Source of the DNA: Styela clava
Taxonomy: Eukaryota
Direction of reading: 5' to 3'
DNA: 64,000 bases
Assembly (NCBI RefSeq): GCF_964204865.1
Contig: NC_135253.1
Span: forward strand, 5,394,001 to 5,458,000
The translations under genes and the position numbers were made by a program. The notes under the pieces are model-generated. The model did not search any database. It was not told the DNA's origin and saw nothing but the letters and a program-made list of their open reading frames with translations. Positions 1 through 13,555 of the stretch are shown piece after piece (position 1 is the stretch's first letter; each line of letters opens with the position of its first letter).

Positions 1-10
1 GCCATTAGAT

Positions 11-424
11 TAGGCTTACCATACGTCCTGCTTTAAGCGGGACAGTCCCGCTTTTCAGCGTTTTGTCCCGCCGTCCCAATAAGTTAGCCAAAAGTCCCGC
101 TTTTCCAGCATAATACACAAACATGTTCTCGTTACTGTTGTTTCTGTGTAGCGCAGCGCTAGCCTACTTACTGAGGTGAATGCGTTCGTTTTCCGCTGAT
201 GGCAGACGTATCGCATGTAAAACCAATACTAATTAGTCTAAATTCGAATTATTTGTACCGGTAGCGCATGAAATATGGTCAATAAAGACAGCCAGGACAG
301 CTTTAAATGTAGGAATGTAGGCCTATGTAGTAAAATCGGTAATGTGAAGTTATAAAATCACAGCTATGGGGTCGTTGTCTTTCGAGGCGTCCCGATTTGA
401 AGTCACAAAAATATGATAACCCTA
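11..424 (+). mobile_element. Non-autonomous hAT-type MITE (family A)
   Basis: Imperfect TIRs TAGGCTTACCATAC / ATATGATAACCCTA; exact 8-bp TSD CATTAGAT at 3-10 and 425-432; subterminal GTCCCG repeats; related copies at ~37929-38157 plus 43868-43900, and from 61128. Confidence 0.9.
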
Positions 425-813
425 CATTAGATGAATGTTTAAAAACGTTGCGCATTGGTATGGTCATATCAAGTTACACTACATACTATTTACGCATATA
501 TAGTTGAATTCTCATTTATTATTCAAGTAAAATTATAGTAATAGCATTTGCAGTATCTGCTGACAGTCGCGTTTCAATTCCATACTATTCTCCATATTCC
601 TGATTTATTATCATTAGATTCTGTTATGATGTCTGTATGTTGCCTTAATGCTGCAATCTCGTTTTCATATTTCAGTCTTTACTTGTCGATATTCATTCAG
701 TGCTGGTTCATTGTCATCATATAAGCCCTTCTGCACCGCCGAAAAATGCGACTGCACCCCATGACTGCCAAACGCGACTGCACTACCGTAATGAGCTTAA
801 TTAATACTTGTAC

Positions 814-837
814 CATAGCCATTATATAACGGCTCTG
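814..837. mobile_element. 24-bp CA..TG palindrome with 7-bp direct repeat (P-like footprint or minimal MITE)
   Basis: CATAGCCATTATATAACGGCTCTG, arms match 10/12, flanked by CTTGTAC at 807-813 and 838-844. Confidence 0.6.
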
Positions 838-1359
838 CTTGTACAGCGAATATTCAATTGTAATAGACATTATTTGTTAAGATTTATAATTGTATATATG
901 AAATCTTACAGATATCCTACTTGGAGAATATCCTACCCAGAGCTGTAGAGTAGTAGAAATCTACATTCAACTCTTGACTGAGACAAATTTGACACCAGAC
1001 TATGGCTTAATTGAAATTTTGGCTGGCTATTCAGAGGTCAAAAAAGTTCTACTTCAGCTCTGAACACGTAAATAATAAATTTTTTTGATACAAAAACGTT
1101 GGTGCGAGCAATGCATTCCTTCAATAGACATTCGGGATATTCAGGTCGTCTCGATTTCTATTTCTTCTTATATTCTGTCAATGATTGTTTGACTTTTTCA
1201 TTGAATTTTAATTACTGCTAGATTTTATCACAGGTGTTGCCGCTCGATAACCAGTATTGGTTTCTCGTGACTCCTTTCACCCCGAATTACCGTTGTTGCT
1301 TATTTTTACATTCTGTATTCATTTAGTGTATTTCATGTATGGTGAAAAAAGAAACTACT

Positions 1360-1512
1360 GATTACAAGTTCATGCCTCCGAACACAAATAACTGGCTAGC
1401 TAATCCCATATCCGATATGGACTGGTAACCGGACGAGAAGCGTAGTTCGCCATATGATTAAGCCGTCTTATCGACTTTCCTCTCCCCCGGGATAAATATG
1501 TAATTCCTATCG
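1360..1512 (+). mobile_element. 3' part of tRNA-derived SINE family
   Basis: Shares CGCCATATGATTAA..GTCTTAT..CTTTCC with 12027-12060 and is the reverse complement of 21078-21180. Confidence 0.6.
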
Positions 1513-2557
1513 TATCATATTATAAAGTTAATGCATTGGATTCGTCCCAATCGCATAAACTTCACTTGTGTGTTCATTTTCTTGAAAAACGCAGCTGGTG
1601 CAAGGATGATCTTCGAACCTTGAACTTTCCGGTTGGAAAATTTCTGCTCTTGTAACCAGCGTCTCCGAGCGAGGCACATCACATTTTAACCAGTAGAAAC
1701 TAGTGGAACTCTCTGTATGCTGCAATACGACTCCATCTTGTTCACCAGATACATAGATTACTGGCGTTGGGCTTTACTGGAGAATACACCAAACTCACTT
1801 ACGAATTAATTCGCGTCCAGACAGTCACACCTGAACGAAACAAATTGCTGAAGATTCTGAGATTGCTGTGGAGTCGGGCTTTCTAATTTCTGCGTTTGTG
1901 AGTTGATCATATTATATAATGTATACGGTATCCCAGGCTTTACAATCAACACTGAAAAACTGAAATAGATTATGTAGTCTACTGATTGATAAAAAGGGCT
2001 GATATACAGGTATAACTGGCAGCCTCCAGTCTGCCAGTGATCGCTGAAGGTAAACATGGGAAGGTAAAAGAAGCCTTCGATACAGTTATACTGTAGCACA
2101 ATAATACAAGAATAATATTATAGACACTAGGACTCACATAAGTTGAATCTTTTTAAAATTAAGTCAAGAATTAAAGTGGCTTGGATAATTGAAATATTAG
2201 ATTCAAAAAAACTTGTTCTCTTAATAAAGCATTAAAGTGTCTTTGTACAGCCTGAAGTAGTTTACTGTATTGCATTATTATTTATAACAAAGCTCGTTGC
2301 ATAATGCACCATGTTTTATTTTGTTATTCAAATTATCGAAACTCAAGTGTCGGATGGGAATAGAGAAAAAATATATTTGTAGGTAATTATGCCATTGGTG
2401 CATTTATTTTTGGTATGTTTCATCATAGAAAAATAGGAAACTAGCTAGGTATTTCTACCTTCCTTTTATTAGTAGAAAATTACATCTTGTTTATTTTTTT
2501 TAGACATTCTCGTTTCTGCTTTATTTTTGGAGTTTGAACAACATAAGTAAAACTGAA

Positions 2558-5500
2558 ATGGAACGCCATCCCACTATTTATCTCAAAAACCTCCAAATTT
2601 CTGGAAATACTCGTGCAAGTTGTCTTTTCCACAGGTTGGTTGTCTATGGCTGCATATAACATGTGCTTTTACTTTCGAGGTTAGGTACTTGGGATAAATA
2701 TTATTGTCTCTAAAGCAATTTTCAATCCTACTTCAGCACTGAACTATGTGAGAAATAAATTTTAATAACAATAACTTCGGCACATGCAAGCTTTCTGTAA
2801 TTGTCTGTTGCCAATGTCAATTTGATGTTTTTGAGTTCTGTCAGAACTTTTGACTTTATTATAATTATTCCCATCAGAAATCTGAAATTCTCGATAAATC
2901 TAAACTGTGGGCATAACTTACATATTATAACAAGCACTCACAAATACCTTCAGGAAAAGACTTGAAGACTTTGAGTCGATGTATGTTCAAAATTTGAATG
3001 CTCATTATGGATGTATCAATGCTCTTGAATTCTCTAATGAAGATGGAAATTTTCTTGCATCAGGTGAAGTGAGATAGTGTTTTCAATAACGATGTAGTAA
3101 TTTAGTAGGTACTCCTGTAGTATGCATCCAGGTTAGGGTTAGGATATAATTTTATTCCAATTTTTCTCATTTGAAGTTATATTACGAGTTCAGGGACTGT
3201 TTGTGTTACCCAAGTGAATATCCCCCTGCCCATAGGTCAGTCTGTTTACACAACTTGATGCAAAATAGGCGAACAAAATTTGTTACATTCGTATTGGTAC
3301 ACACACTTCTGGAGCGCCATTTCGTATGCTGCTTGAATATAACAAAATAAATAAAAATATTGGTTTCTTATTAGAGTTATTGGAATAGTCGGTCATACAG
3401 CATCCATTATCACAAAAGTACAGATGCACGAATAAAGAGTTGATTTCAAGTAACACCAACTGAGAGTTAAATTGACTGTTATTAGTATTATATTGTGAGT
3501 TAACTCCTTATTAAGATATTTTTTGCTTTTTGTAATGTTGTCTTGATACATGTATGCAGGTGGAGATGATAAAAGAGTTGTACTTTGGAACCTGACACTT
3601 GCAATGTTAAAACCGAACTATCAACCTGTGGTAATGCATGCGACTCATCTTTCCAACATTTTCTGTTTAACATTCAATATGACAGATGACAAATTGATAT
3701 CTTCGGGTGAGAAAGAGTATATATGTTCAAAAGTTGAAAGTGTATTTTGGCTACATCAGGGCTTCTCAAACTGGGCCGTCTGCCCTCTTGGGGGCCGCAA
3801 GCAGCAGACTTCACTTGGTACCATTTGTGATGGTTGCATTAATTAACTGTAATGTGTTCAATTCTTTGATTGATTTTCATGCATATTATTTTACTTTTGT
3901 TAGTTTTTTATTAATAAAATGGTTAATGAAATAACCGTGCCAACGGAGTGATGAAAAGGGAATCACATATCATTATGGTATGAGAACCACTAAGTTAGTT
4001 CGATTATAAAGCATGTTTATAAATTGTTATATTTAATTGAAGTCATTTATTTTCTGTTAATAGAATGCCGATTGTAGGATTTTTTAATGTACGGTACTTT
4101 TTTTATTTTGAATTCCACGTTTTGATTGATAAGTCCTATGGACTTTTAGGTAATGATGGTCAGGTAATTCTTCACGACTTGCACACAAATAATCTGGTGG
4201 ATGTTTTCATGTGTGACAACTCTGTGTATGGATTATCTTCTAGTCCAAGTAATGAACATTTGGTTGCTGCAGCTTGTGAAGATGGCACAGTTCACATTAT
4301 TGACACCAGGTATCTAATTCCGAAGAATTATTTTAGCACATTAACAAACTACTTTCTGTTATTTTATGACTGGTATTTGTGCATATATTCTTAAGTATCT
4401 GTTAGTAATTGATTATTTAGTATCAGATTGATAAGAATGGCAGATTCATATGTGGTATATATTATGAAGTTACCGGCCTCGTTTCGAGCAAATGCTGATG
4501 AATGATACATTGAATGATTTTTGGACTATAGTACTATGAAACAGATCCTAAAGTTTTGTAAATGTAGATAACACATTTTCATTTTATAACTGTCTTTTTC
4601 AAGGCTTACTAAAGCAGATGGACTTTGTTTGGCACGGAGATCATCAGCTTTTCATAGTGTTATGTTTAGTCCAGTAGATCATCATTTGATTGCAACATCA
4701 CATTCCAGAGATGGAATGGCATTATGGGATATAAGAAGCCCAAAAAAGTATGATTTAGCTTGTGTTTTCTACTAATATTGAATGCAAAATATATTCATTA
4801 TCTCGGTGTTGCAGATTCAAAATTTAAAAATATAAATGTTTACTTTTATGAATTATTACTGCATTAATCCTCTAAAACAGTAGAATTCTCAATTAATATA
4901 CACAAGAATAAATCTTTCAAAGTCGACTGCGTTAAATTCAGTCGACAAAAATCAAAATTTTCGAAAATTCTAGTATTTCATCATCTTATGTTTTTAATTG
5001 TTTCATGATTATAGGGAAGTGCTGCATTATGGACAAAGAGGTTCAAAACAAAGAGCCATGAGTGCAAGATTCAACAAGACTGGGAACCAATTACTTTGTC
5101 TCCGACGTCGACAATGTCTTGCCTTGTATAATATCAGTGATAGTGTAAGTAAAATGACATCTTTTATGAAGCTCTTGTTTTGAACTTCATTCATTTTTCA
5201 GACAATTGATGGAGTTGACTAAAAATATGTTTATACTGTATCTGACTATCTGTATGTGTATATCGTAAAATTCATTTCTTGAAAAAATCTTTAGCTGATT
5301 GAAATCTAAGACAACAATGCTTATCTGAAAGCTGTTGCTGGAATCAATTGTAATTTGTAAAGTGATGGGAATAATGATACAATTGTATTTTGCTTATTGT
5401 ATGATATATTTTTAAAATACCATACATATCAAGAACGTGGTATTTTTCAATTTGCTCTTTTTTTATATGGTTCAGAAAAGTATTGCTGAATTTGATTGTG

Positions 5501-8500
5501 ATGGATATTCAAATTACTGTACAATGAAAAGTTGCTGTTTTGCTGGTGACAAAGATCAGGTATGTGTCTGCGTTACTTCTATAAAAAAAAACATAGTAAT
5601 GTTCTAAGGTATATGGACCAAATTTTGCATATCGAGTTCGCTGAAAAGATTATCGAACAAGCAATACGGAGGTGGTCAAGCAATACCATATGTTTAATTG
5701 GGGCTCCCGAAGTATGCGAACCAAGATGTCGGACATCAGAATGTAATATGTGTACTAGGTTAGGGTTAGGCCATAATTTTAGGTATAAATACTACGAGAG
5801 GCTCTTGGCTCGTCTTCGAACTGATAATAGGACTAAAATAAGGAAAATTGGAAAAAAATTATCGCCTAACCCTAACCTGTTACCCATGTTACGCTCCGAT
5901 GTCCGTCATCTTGGTTCGCATACTTCGGGAGCACCGTTAAATTGATGGAGGAAAAAATAAATAAGAGGAATAGCCTTCTAGAGACTTTCTCCATCATTTG
6001 AGTAGTGAAAATTTTTACATCATTGCGAAGGAAAATGATATTTTCATAACAACAACAGAAATTTAGCGAAATGAAACATATGTACACTTTTTGTCAAAAA
6101 GTTATGGTCTCATATGCTGTTTATTGCACTTTTTTCCTGCAGTACAATTATACTACTTTGAGGTAATGCTATTACATAGATATATCTGGTGGTTGGTATT
6201 TGTTTAAGTGAAATTTTATATTAATTTTCAATCGACAGTATATTGTATCTGGATCTGATGACTTCGGTGTTTACATGTGGAAATTACCTGGAGAATATGA
6301 AGGAAAACGTCAACATGTTGGCAATGCTTTCAAGGTCCTAAGAGGACACCGGTCTATTGTTAATCAAGTAGGAACTTATGTTAAATCTTTTTTGTAAATT
6401 TAATAATGAACGATCATTTGCAGCAACAGTATTAAAACTGTAATATAGCATTATTTAATGTACGGTATATGCTATTTCTTTTAGTGCATTTCGCTTTCTA
6501 TCAGTGTAATTTATGTTGCGTTTATTTGATTGACGAACTTAGGACAAATTGTAGACGTAGCCTCAAAATTATGACGAATCTTGAAAACGAGGACAAATTC
6601 ATTTAATAACACGCAAGTAGTGAGCAAATAATAACCTTATTATGGATGGTATTATGGAATCTGAGAAACAGGTTAAGGACCTGAGTTGATTCCTATTAGT
6701 ATGTGCCATCATGTTGAAATGCAAAAGTTCATGATTCAAGTCAGCAAGTTAAATAGTATCACATATGTACTTGGCCAATGATGCATGCAACCCTCAGCTG
6801 CTATTTTAGAAAACTCATTTTGAATTTATACTCTTGTTATTAGCATTAGTCCAGAAACAAATGTTCGGCACCTTAGTTATGGTGAGCTTCTCTGTCTGCC
6901 GGCTCTCACTAATTCGGAGCGTCCATTTAGGAAACTGGCATTGTAACGCATTTGATTTCGAATTGAAGTCCTGAATATTCATGGATTCGACATGAATCTT
7001 AGTCTGGATCAGAATCTTGGCCTATCCCTGGTGGGAAGCCCTGGTTCTACTGAATGAATATTGTTATTATATTATTGACTCAAAAGCTGTTTGTAGGTAA
7101 GGTTCAACAGACATTCAAATCTTCTTGTGTCCTGTGGTGTTGAGAAAATGGTCAAGTTATGGAGTACAGAGCGGTTACCTATGGGTGGTGGGGATGTTTT
7201 TCCAAGCTGTGAAAAACCTCGAAAACGATACTCTCACAATGAATACATCCAGCTTATATTTGAAAGGTTGGTAGCTCAATAGAATATTGTCTGTCCATTT
7301 GTTATATTAAACATTTCTTTGCTAGTAAGTAGTAAAGTACATATAACTGTAAGTAGAGCTCGACCGATATCGCTTTTTTGCACCGATACCGATAACGATA
7401 TATCGGCCAACTAGTGACCGATAACCGATATTGACATACCGATATCTACAACTCGAACCCGCAGTAAATACAAATAGAAAGAAACATTCAGTTTCAGTCA
7501 ATCAAAAGTTTATGTTGAAAAATAAAGCAGTCCTACACAGTGCTTGCGTCATTAATAAAAGTTTCGCAGCAAATAATAAGAACACACATCAATGCACAAG
7601 AGAAAAAAAGGCAGTCAGTAAAAAGCTTATAGAAGTCCATTTTGATCCATACAGTAGTAGGTGGGAGTAGGCTTGCACGTAATTTACGGAATTGTTTGGA
7701 GTTACGGAAGGGAAGTTACAATTTACGTAAAGTCGTAATTATTGGTCGAGCGCTTTCGCGTTTGAAACGTGCTCCTTCCAAGCAGTCAATTCCGTCGATT
7801 GTAAAAAATCAAAGTTTAACAAGTAGAAGAAGTTAGAGTTCCGGTATTCGCAGCCGTTTTGAGCCGGCATGACGCATTGCCACCCCGTTTGAGCGTTTGG
7901 TTTCACGGTCAAAACGATATTATTATTAGCGTTATCACCGTAACGCAATTAGCACCGACAGACTTTTTTGTCTTCACGATTTGGTATCTTTTTTATTCGG
8001 CGCTGATAATGATAAATAAGAATGTGCGATAGTTGATTGTAATTCCGAAAGGCGTTTTTTTTTTTCTTTCTCTCCGTGAAACAGACATGAAACGAATTTT
8101 ACCGCCGCTATAAGCGCTCCAAGGAGAGGAGGCTAGGCTACTTTCTTTTCCCGACTCAATCACTTTTATTAATACAAATCACAGCGCATTAAAAAACAAA
8201 ATAGAATTTATTAGCATTAATTTACAACAATTTACGGGTAAGAATTTATCGCCGGCTAAATAATTATTATTTGATTTAAATTTATCGCAAATAGTGTTAT
8301 AACATTTAGGCCGCGAAATGATTTGATATAAAATGGAGCTTGGTAATCGGAATATCGTCAATAATTCAGCATCAATAATTATTATAAAATGCTAACTAGG
8401 TAGCAAAGTCGGATAATGTAAAAAAACGGAGCAATAACAAGTCTTCGTCGCGAGGCAAGCGCAGGTATAATCAAACGAGAAAATACGCTTGTCGTTGATT

Positions 8501-11415
8501 AATAACTTAGAACCCCGAATTTTTTATTCAATACGAAAGTCGATTTTAAAAAAGGCAACTATCGTTTCATTAATATCCGTATACCATTATCGGTAATGAT
8601 AAAATTGATCGCATAAAATTGGGACGGTTAATTTGCGAACGTGATAAAGGAAAATCAAAGCCAACACAATTAAACAAGATAAAAATCAGAATAAATTCAA
8701 TTTGAATTCACTCCTTGGTATTTGTCTTTAACATCTGTCGCCGGCGTGTAGTACTGTCGGTAATATGAAAACCAAACTTTGATGTCCCATTCGGAAAAGA
8801 AGTGGATTCGAATGGTTTTTATGATAGGTTTAAACGTGTGAAAAAATATCGCAATTACGGGGTCATTACGTAATCAATTTTTCCGTAATTACGGAATTGA
8901 TTTTTGTCGATTACGTGCAAGCCTAGTGGGGACGCAGGATATTCGAAGGCGAGGATTTTGCGCCGCACGAAGAGAGAAATATAGAAGAGAACTCTCTGTT
9001 CATTGAAAGGCAAAATGAGAGAAGCGTAAAAAAGGAAAACGCTCGGCCGCAGATATTTCCCGGGGAAAAATACTCATTTTTTAGAACGTGGAAAAGCGAC
9101 TAACGCTGATATATATCGGCCAGATATATCGGCCGATTGGGCCGATATGATATATCGGCAAACACGCAATATCGGCCCGATATATCGGTTGGCCGATATA
9201 TCGGTCGAGCTCTAACTGTAAGGTTATGAATACTTTTAAGTAAAAGAATTGTTAAAGTAGTGTTCAAATTGTTTTTTTTGTCAATCTGTCAGAAGTATAC
9301 CATATGGGAATTTTTCATACAAGCTGCTATGAAAGACTCTCACATAACTAGGATACACTTTTTTGTTATAGGGATTTGACTTAGCCATATGTCAGTGGAT
9401 TAGTCCCATTGTATATGTCTCACAGAGGGGGTTATTCCAACATAAATTATATGATAATCTCATTTTCATAGTTCCGGAATGGTACATGATTATCATGCTG
9501 AAGATATGGAGGAAGATCCCAAAATGCTGGCATTTTTTGATAGTCTTGTTCAACATGAAGCTGACGATAGGACTTCCGATTCATCAAACTGTGATTCATC
9601 AGTGGCAATTCAGTTGTGAGTAATAGGTTTTTTTTTTGATTCAGTGAATCTGTTAGTTCCGCTTATTTTTTGAAGTATCTCTGCAGGTACACTAATTGGC
9701 CCGTTAGTTCTCAGTTAATCTTCACATTTCCATTTGCAACAACCTGCCCCAGTCTGGTTCCAACTGCGACCCACTCAGATAACTACGGTACTCCAGTTCC
9801 AATTCCTGGTTGACGAAAATTTTGATCTATCTCTCTATTTTTGACCACAAGGCTAGCCTTATATAATTTCATATTGAAAATGCTCTATCAAGCTTCATTT
9901 GTTTCTGCTGTAAATTTTGACATTGATTACCGCCATGAGGAGTTTGAAGTTCAGACTCACAATAGCTCAAAATTTTTTCTTCAGCTTTGACTCTTGAGAT
10001 TCCGGCTTGAAATCCAGATTCCTGTTCCGAAGGCCTGCTATGCTTCCATATCCTAATAAGGAAAATTAATCTCTCTCTCACTCACCAACCTAATTTTAAA
10101 CCTTTTTCTAGGAATGATTACTTCAGCACTCATGAAGAAAATACGACCAATTCAGAGAGGTAACCTACCTAATCAGAGGCAACTCATTTTTTCATAAAAA
10201 TAGCTACATACATCTAGTTGATGAATCATATTTAAATTCTTAATCTGGCTACAACTTGTCTTTAGCTTGACGTTATAAATAAAATATTTCAGATAAAAAT
10301 CACAAATGGTTTGGGGCAATATTGCAAGCCAGGCTGCTCACAGTTTTATAAACAAAAATGCCTGATATAAAGTTAGCCCAGCATTTATTTTTCTTACTGC
10401 AATGTAAAACTTTTAAACTACAGTTTGACGAGCGATGATGGAGGACCTGCAAGTCTTGATACTTTGGGAATAGGTGATGCAACAACTAATAAATCAGGTT
10501 AGTATTTTTTAGTTTTACTCATTTTCAAATTAGCTATTTAGCCAAAAAATTCACAATTTTGCTCTGAATAATGTCCAAGCCAAGCAAACACTGAAACATA
10601 GAGCGCTACTATGTTTTGGAAGTTTTCAAATATTTTTGACGTGAAAATAGCTCTTATAATTCTTTATGCACTTGGCACATGACAGTGCATTGTACTGGTG
10701 ACCCCAAAAGCAGAATCATTTGAAACATAATCTGGAGAAAACATAACTTTGGTGTAGATCTTTCTAGATTATTGAAACTTTTGGGTGCATTCACAATTCA
10801 CATGCAAACAGAAGTTAAATGTATTTTTTTTTCATTTTTGTAGGAGTAACTCATGGGTTATGCTTCTTTTTTTATTCATTCTTTTAGTTTAACCCTACGA
10901 TCATTACCCTCTTATATTTATGTCCAATGCCTCTTCTTCACTGCTTCGATGGTTATATTGATATCAAATTAACAATTATAGCTGCGCAAAAAGCATCGCA
11001 AAAGAAGCTTCGGAGATTACGAGAAAAGGTGAAGGAGGATAGTGATTGGCGGGTACAAGACTTTGAAGAGAAGTCCAGTTCTGAACTTCCTCGAACATCT
11101 TGTAGTAACTCTGACGAAAAACTTGAAGATGACCAACCTACCACTTCGACATCAGTGTCGAGCGCGAAAGTAATTTCTCCAGTAAAGACAAAACGTAGGA
11201 GAAAAGAGCGAGAGTCTGTCAAAGCGTGTTCAAGCGATACCAGTGATTCTGAAAATGAAGCAGCACGGACTAGACAAAGAAATGCACACAGACGTGTAAG
11301 ACGGCCATTTAGAATATCACAGTCGAGTGATAATGGTAGTCCTAGTACGAGTGGATTATGTTCGAGCACATTTTCATTTAATAACATTGATCCACATTCC
11401 AATGGCCAATCATGA
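2558..11415 (+). CDS. DCAF5: DDB1- and CUL4-associated factor 5 (WDR22), WD40 protein, 13 coding exons
   Basis: Phase-consistent GT-AG exons 2558-2634, 2954-3063, 3560-3706, 4150-4309, 4604-4747, 5015-5144, 5476-5559, 6239-6367, 7097-7266, 9472-9615, 10112-10159, 10424-10497, 10982-11415. Motifs AHYGCINALEFS..ASGGDDKRVVLW, SAFHSVMF, CTMKSCCFAGDKDQYIVSGSDDF, LRGHRSIVNQVRFN and EEDPKMLAFFDSLV match DCAF5; Ser-rich tail. Confidence 0.95.
3107..3319. mobile_element. MITE, 6-bp-TSD family B (contains GGTTAGGGTTAGG)
   Basis: TIR-like ends AGGTACTCCTGTAGTATG / CACACTTCTGGAGCGCCA; flanks TTTAGT/TTTCGT; internal sequence shared with the 15223-15439 and 28348-28574 copies. Confidence 0.8.
3757..3992. 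mobile_element. Degenerate hAT/Charlie-like MITE
   Basis: Ends CAGGGCTTCTCAAAC / GTATGAGAACCACTA resemble Charlie TIRs; no TSD retained. Confidence 0.45.
5699..5936. mobile_element. MITE, 6-bp-TSD family B
   Basis: 38-bp TIRs GG(G/T)GCTCCCGAAGTATGCGAACCAAGATG(T/A)CGGACATC matching 36/38; inner inverted GGTTAGGGTTAGG / CCTAACCCTAACC; flanks TTTAAT/TTAAAT. Confidence 0.9.
7354..9214. mobile_element. Non-autonomous hAT element in a DCAF5 intron
   Basis: Perfect 17-bp TIR TAGAGCTCGACCGATAT; exact 8-bp TSD ACTGTAAG at 7346-7353 and 9215-9222; dense subterminal CCGATA/TATCGG repeats. Confidence 0.93.
7668..8925. mobile_element. Second hAT-like element nested in 7354-9214
   Basis: Perfect 16-bp TIR TAGGCTTGCACGTAAT; subterminal TTACG/CGTAA repeats; imperfect flanking repeat GGTGGGAG/GTGGGGAC. 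Confidence 0.85.
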
Positions 11416-11779
11416 ATCAAAGAGTTATTTTTTCCAATCATGTATGTGTAGTGGTTTGCGACCTTTATCAAAAATTGTTTCTGTACCAAGTTCTAGTTAT
11501 CACACCCTGGTTATTATTTTTGATTTGAGAAAAAATATTTGATTACGGTTGCAAAACACTGCCATTTTGTGTATGATAAATACGATACACCTTGTTGCCT
11601 TAACCCTGTTGACGACCACTGAGTTTGCAAATCCTTATTATAGATAAATATTATGTTTGTTTAATTTGTTTTGTTATCATTATGTTCCTGCAAACTGCCT
11701 CGCACTTACCACTGCTAAACTATAATAAATGTTCTCGTTTTTTTGCAGCTATAGTTCTTCGTTGGTTTTAGTTGTCATA

Positions 11780-12070
11780 GTGTAATGGTAGGCTCATCGC
11801 GCTAAGCATTGGGAATACGCCCATCGTACTTCTGATCACCCTGCTTGGGTTTGCATGTTTGAATCCAGTGGGTGATAACGCCCATCGTAAATCTGATTAC
11901 CCTGCTTGGGTTCGCATGTTTGAATCCAGTGGGTGCTGCCCGTGCTGTTACGGCTTCCACCACCACTAATCTGAACTGGCCACTAATTCCCAACAAGGAC
12001 TGGAAACTAGAAGAGAGGTCGTGGTACGCCATATGATTAATCAGTCTTATGGACCTTTCCCCGAGCATCG
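11780..12070 (+). mobile_element. tRNA-derived SINE with internal 61-bp tandem duplication
   Basis: B-box-like GTTTGAATCC twice (units ~11817-11874 and ~11878-11935); body shared with dispersed copies at 1360, 18770, 20045, 21078 and 21925. Confidence 0.65.
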
Positions 12071-12763
12071 ACTTCCTTGTTTACTTCGTGACATCAGCAA
12101 GATGCAAAAAGTGACGTAACAATGCTCCATTTTAGCATCCGCTCAGACGGGCGTGGTCGTAAACATCAAAGTCCTTATGGTAAACATTACCTCGTTTTCG
12201 CGTTTTTGAACTCTATTCGTTGGTTTCAGTTGTGTTTCGGGAATTTAAATATAAAAACTAAGATAATTCAATCAATGATCACTCTGTCTTCTTAGGAGTT
12301 TTAATTTAATTGCAGTAATAAAAAATTAGTGTAGAAATAGCTATGATAGACTGAGCTAAAATTCTTTACCGGTACTTTTAAAAAACAGATTGCCGTAGAC
12401 GATGGATCACAATGATGGTTTGAAACACATACCCCATTTTACAGGTGCCAACTCGCGAAACCACTCCTAAAATAAGCCCGAAAATTTTGCAATGGTAAAG
12501 TATAGGAAGAATTTTTCGGGGTCAAAGGTCGGGGAAAAGTCTCTAGTTTCCTCTTCCCTGGATAAATATGTAAATCTTAACCATTAACAAATAGCCTAAT
12601 CTGTGTGCTATTTAGCCATGGTATACCGGTTCGGTCAAGATACCAGGGCCAGCTCATTTGAGATTGAATTTTCCAACGAGAGCGAAGTTCGTCCATGTAA
12701 TGTCGAAATTTGGAATCCGACTAGCGCGTACTGATATTTTTGTAAGTCTTATTGTGGCCATCT

Positions 12764-12854
12764 GGGCGCTCCGGAAGTATGTGCACCAAGATGGTGCACA
12801 ACCTGAACATATACGGCTGTGCGCCGTCTTGGTGTACATACTTCGGGAGCACCA
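12764..12854. mobile_element. Short hairpin MITE, 6-bp-TSD family B
   Basis: Nearly fully palindromic GGCGCTCCGGAAGTATGTGCACCAAGATGG..; exact flanking CCATCT on both sides. Confidence 0.88.
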
Positions 12855-13555
12855 CCATCTGGGTATTTACTCCGAAACCATGACTTTGAAAGAGGGGAGA
12901 ATATAGAAACTACAATTGGTTATATGTATTTGGTGTATTGTGTTGTCCCTATTTATATATATTGTCTTGTCTTATAAACTCCCTTGTATAAACAGTTCTG
13001 TGTACTCCTCCCTTACCACTTTCGCCACACCAACCCATTGCCCCACCTTACACAACTGTCTGTATAAGGGACCATATCATATGCATATGTGTGGATACGA
13101 ATTTTGATGAAGTTAATGTAATGGGATCCAAGTTACAACAGTCATTGACAGGTCCACTGAAATTTCTATTTGTGTAAAACTACACATATTCCACCTTTTT
13201 TTTTACGAGTTGTCAAAGCATGGAAGTTTGGATACCTGCTGTGAACTATTAGCGTTTTTCACATAAATATTAGGCTGTATAATAGAATGACTTCATGATG
13301 TAGGAACTGTTTCAAAGGGTCTTGTTTAAAGACCAGGGACAACCCCCACTGAACCTTTTGAGCTTGACTGAACCCAAATTAAAAAGAACTGATATAAAGC
13401 ATCAAGAATCCTGAAACTCCGTCAACAAAACAAAGACCTTTAATACTAATCTCTACTGCAACCAATTTCTGACAAGCTATTCTTAAATATAAACAGTGGA
13501 TGTACACAGAATTGAACAGCATATATTCTTGTTAACAAGTTTATTATTAACATTG

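Noticed and set aside
1528-2099. Two minus-strand ORFs (65 and 97 aa) upstream of DCAF5
   Set aside because: No recognisable motifs and no convincing spliced frame; a divergent non-coding transcript is possible but unsupported.
5758-5878. TTAGGG repeats as telomere or interstitial telomere
   Set aside because: Only about two units, always inside family B MITEs.
5562-5945. 127-aa ORF
   Set aside because: Lies in a DCAF5 intron and mostly reads through a palindromic MITE.
9100-9214. GATATATCGG repeat cluster as a CRISPR-like array
   Set aside because: Irregular spacing and no unique spacers; these are subterminal repeats of a hAT element in eukaryotic DNA.
10953-11489. 178-aa minus-strand ORF
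   Set aside because: Antisense shadow of the Ser-rich last exon of DCAF5.
11780-11875. tRNA gene
   Set aside because: Has a B-box-like motif but no cloverleaf, and is joined to a dispersed SINE body.
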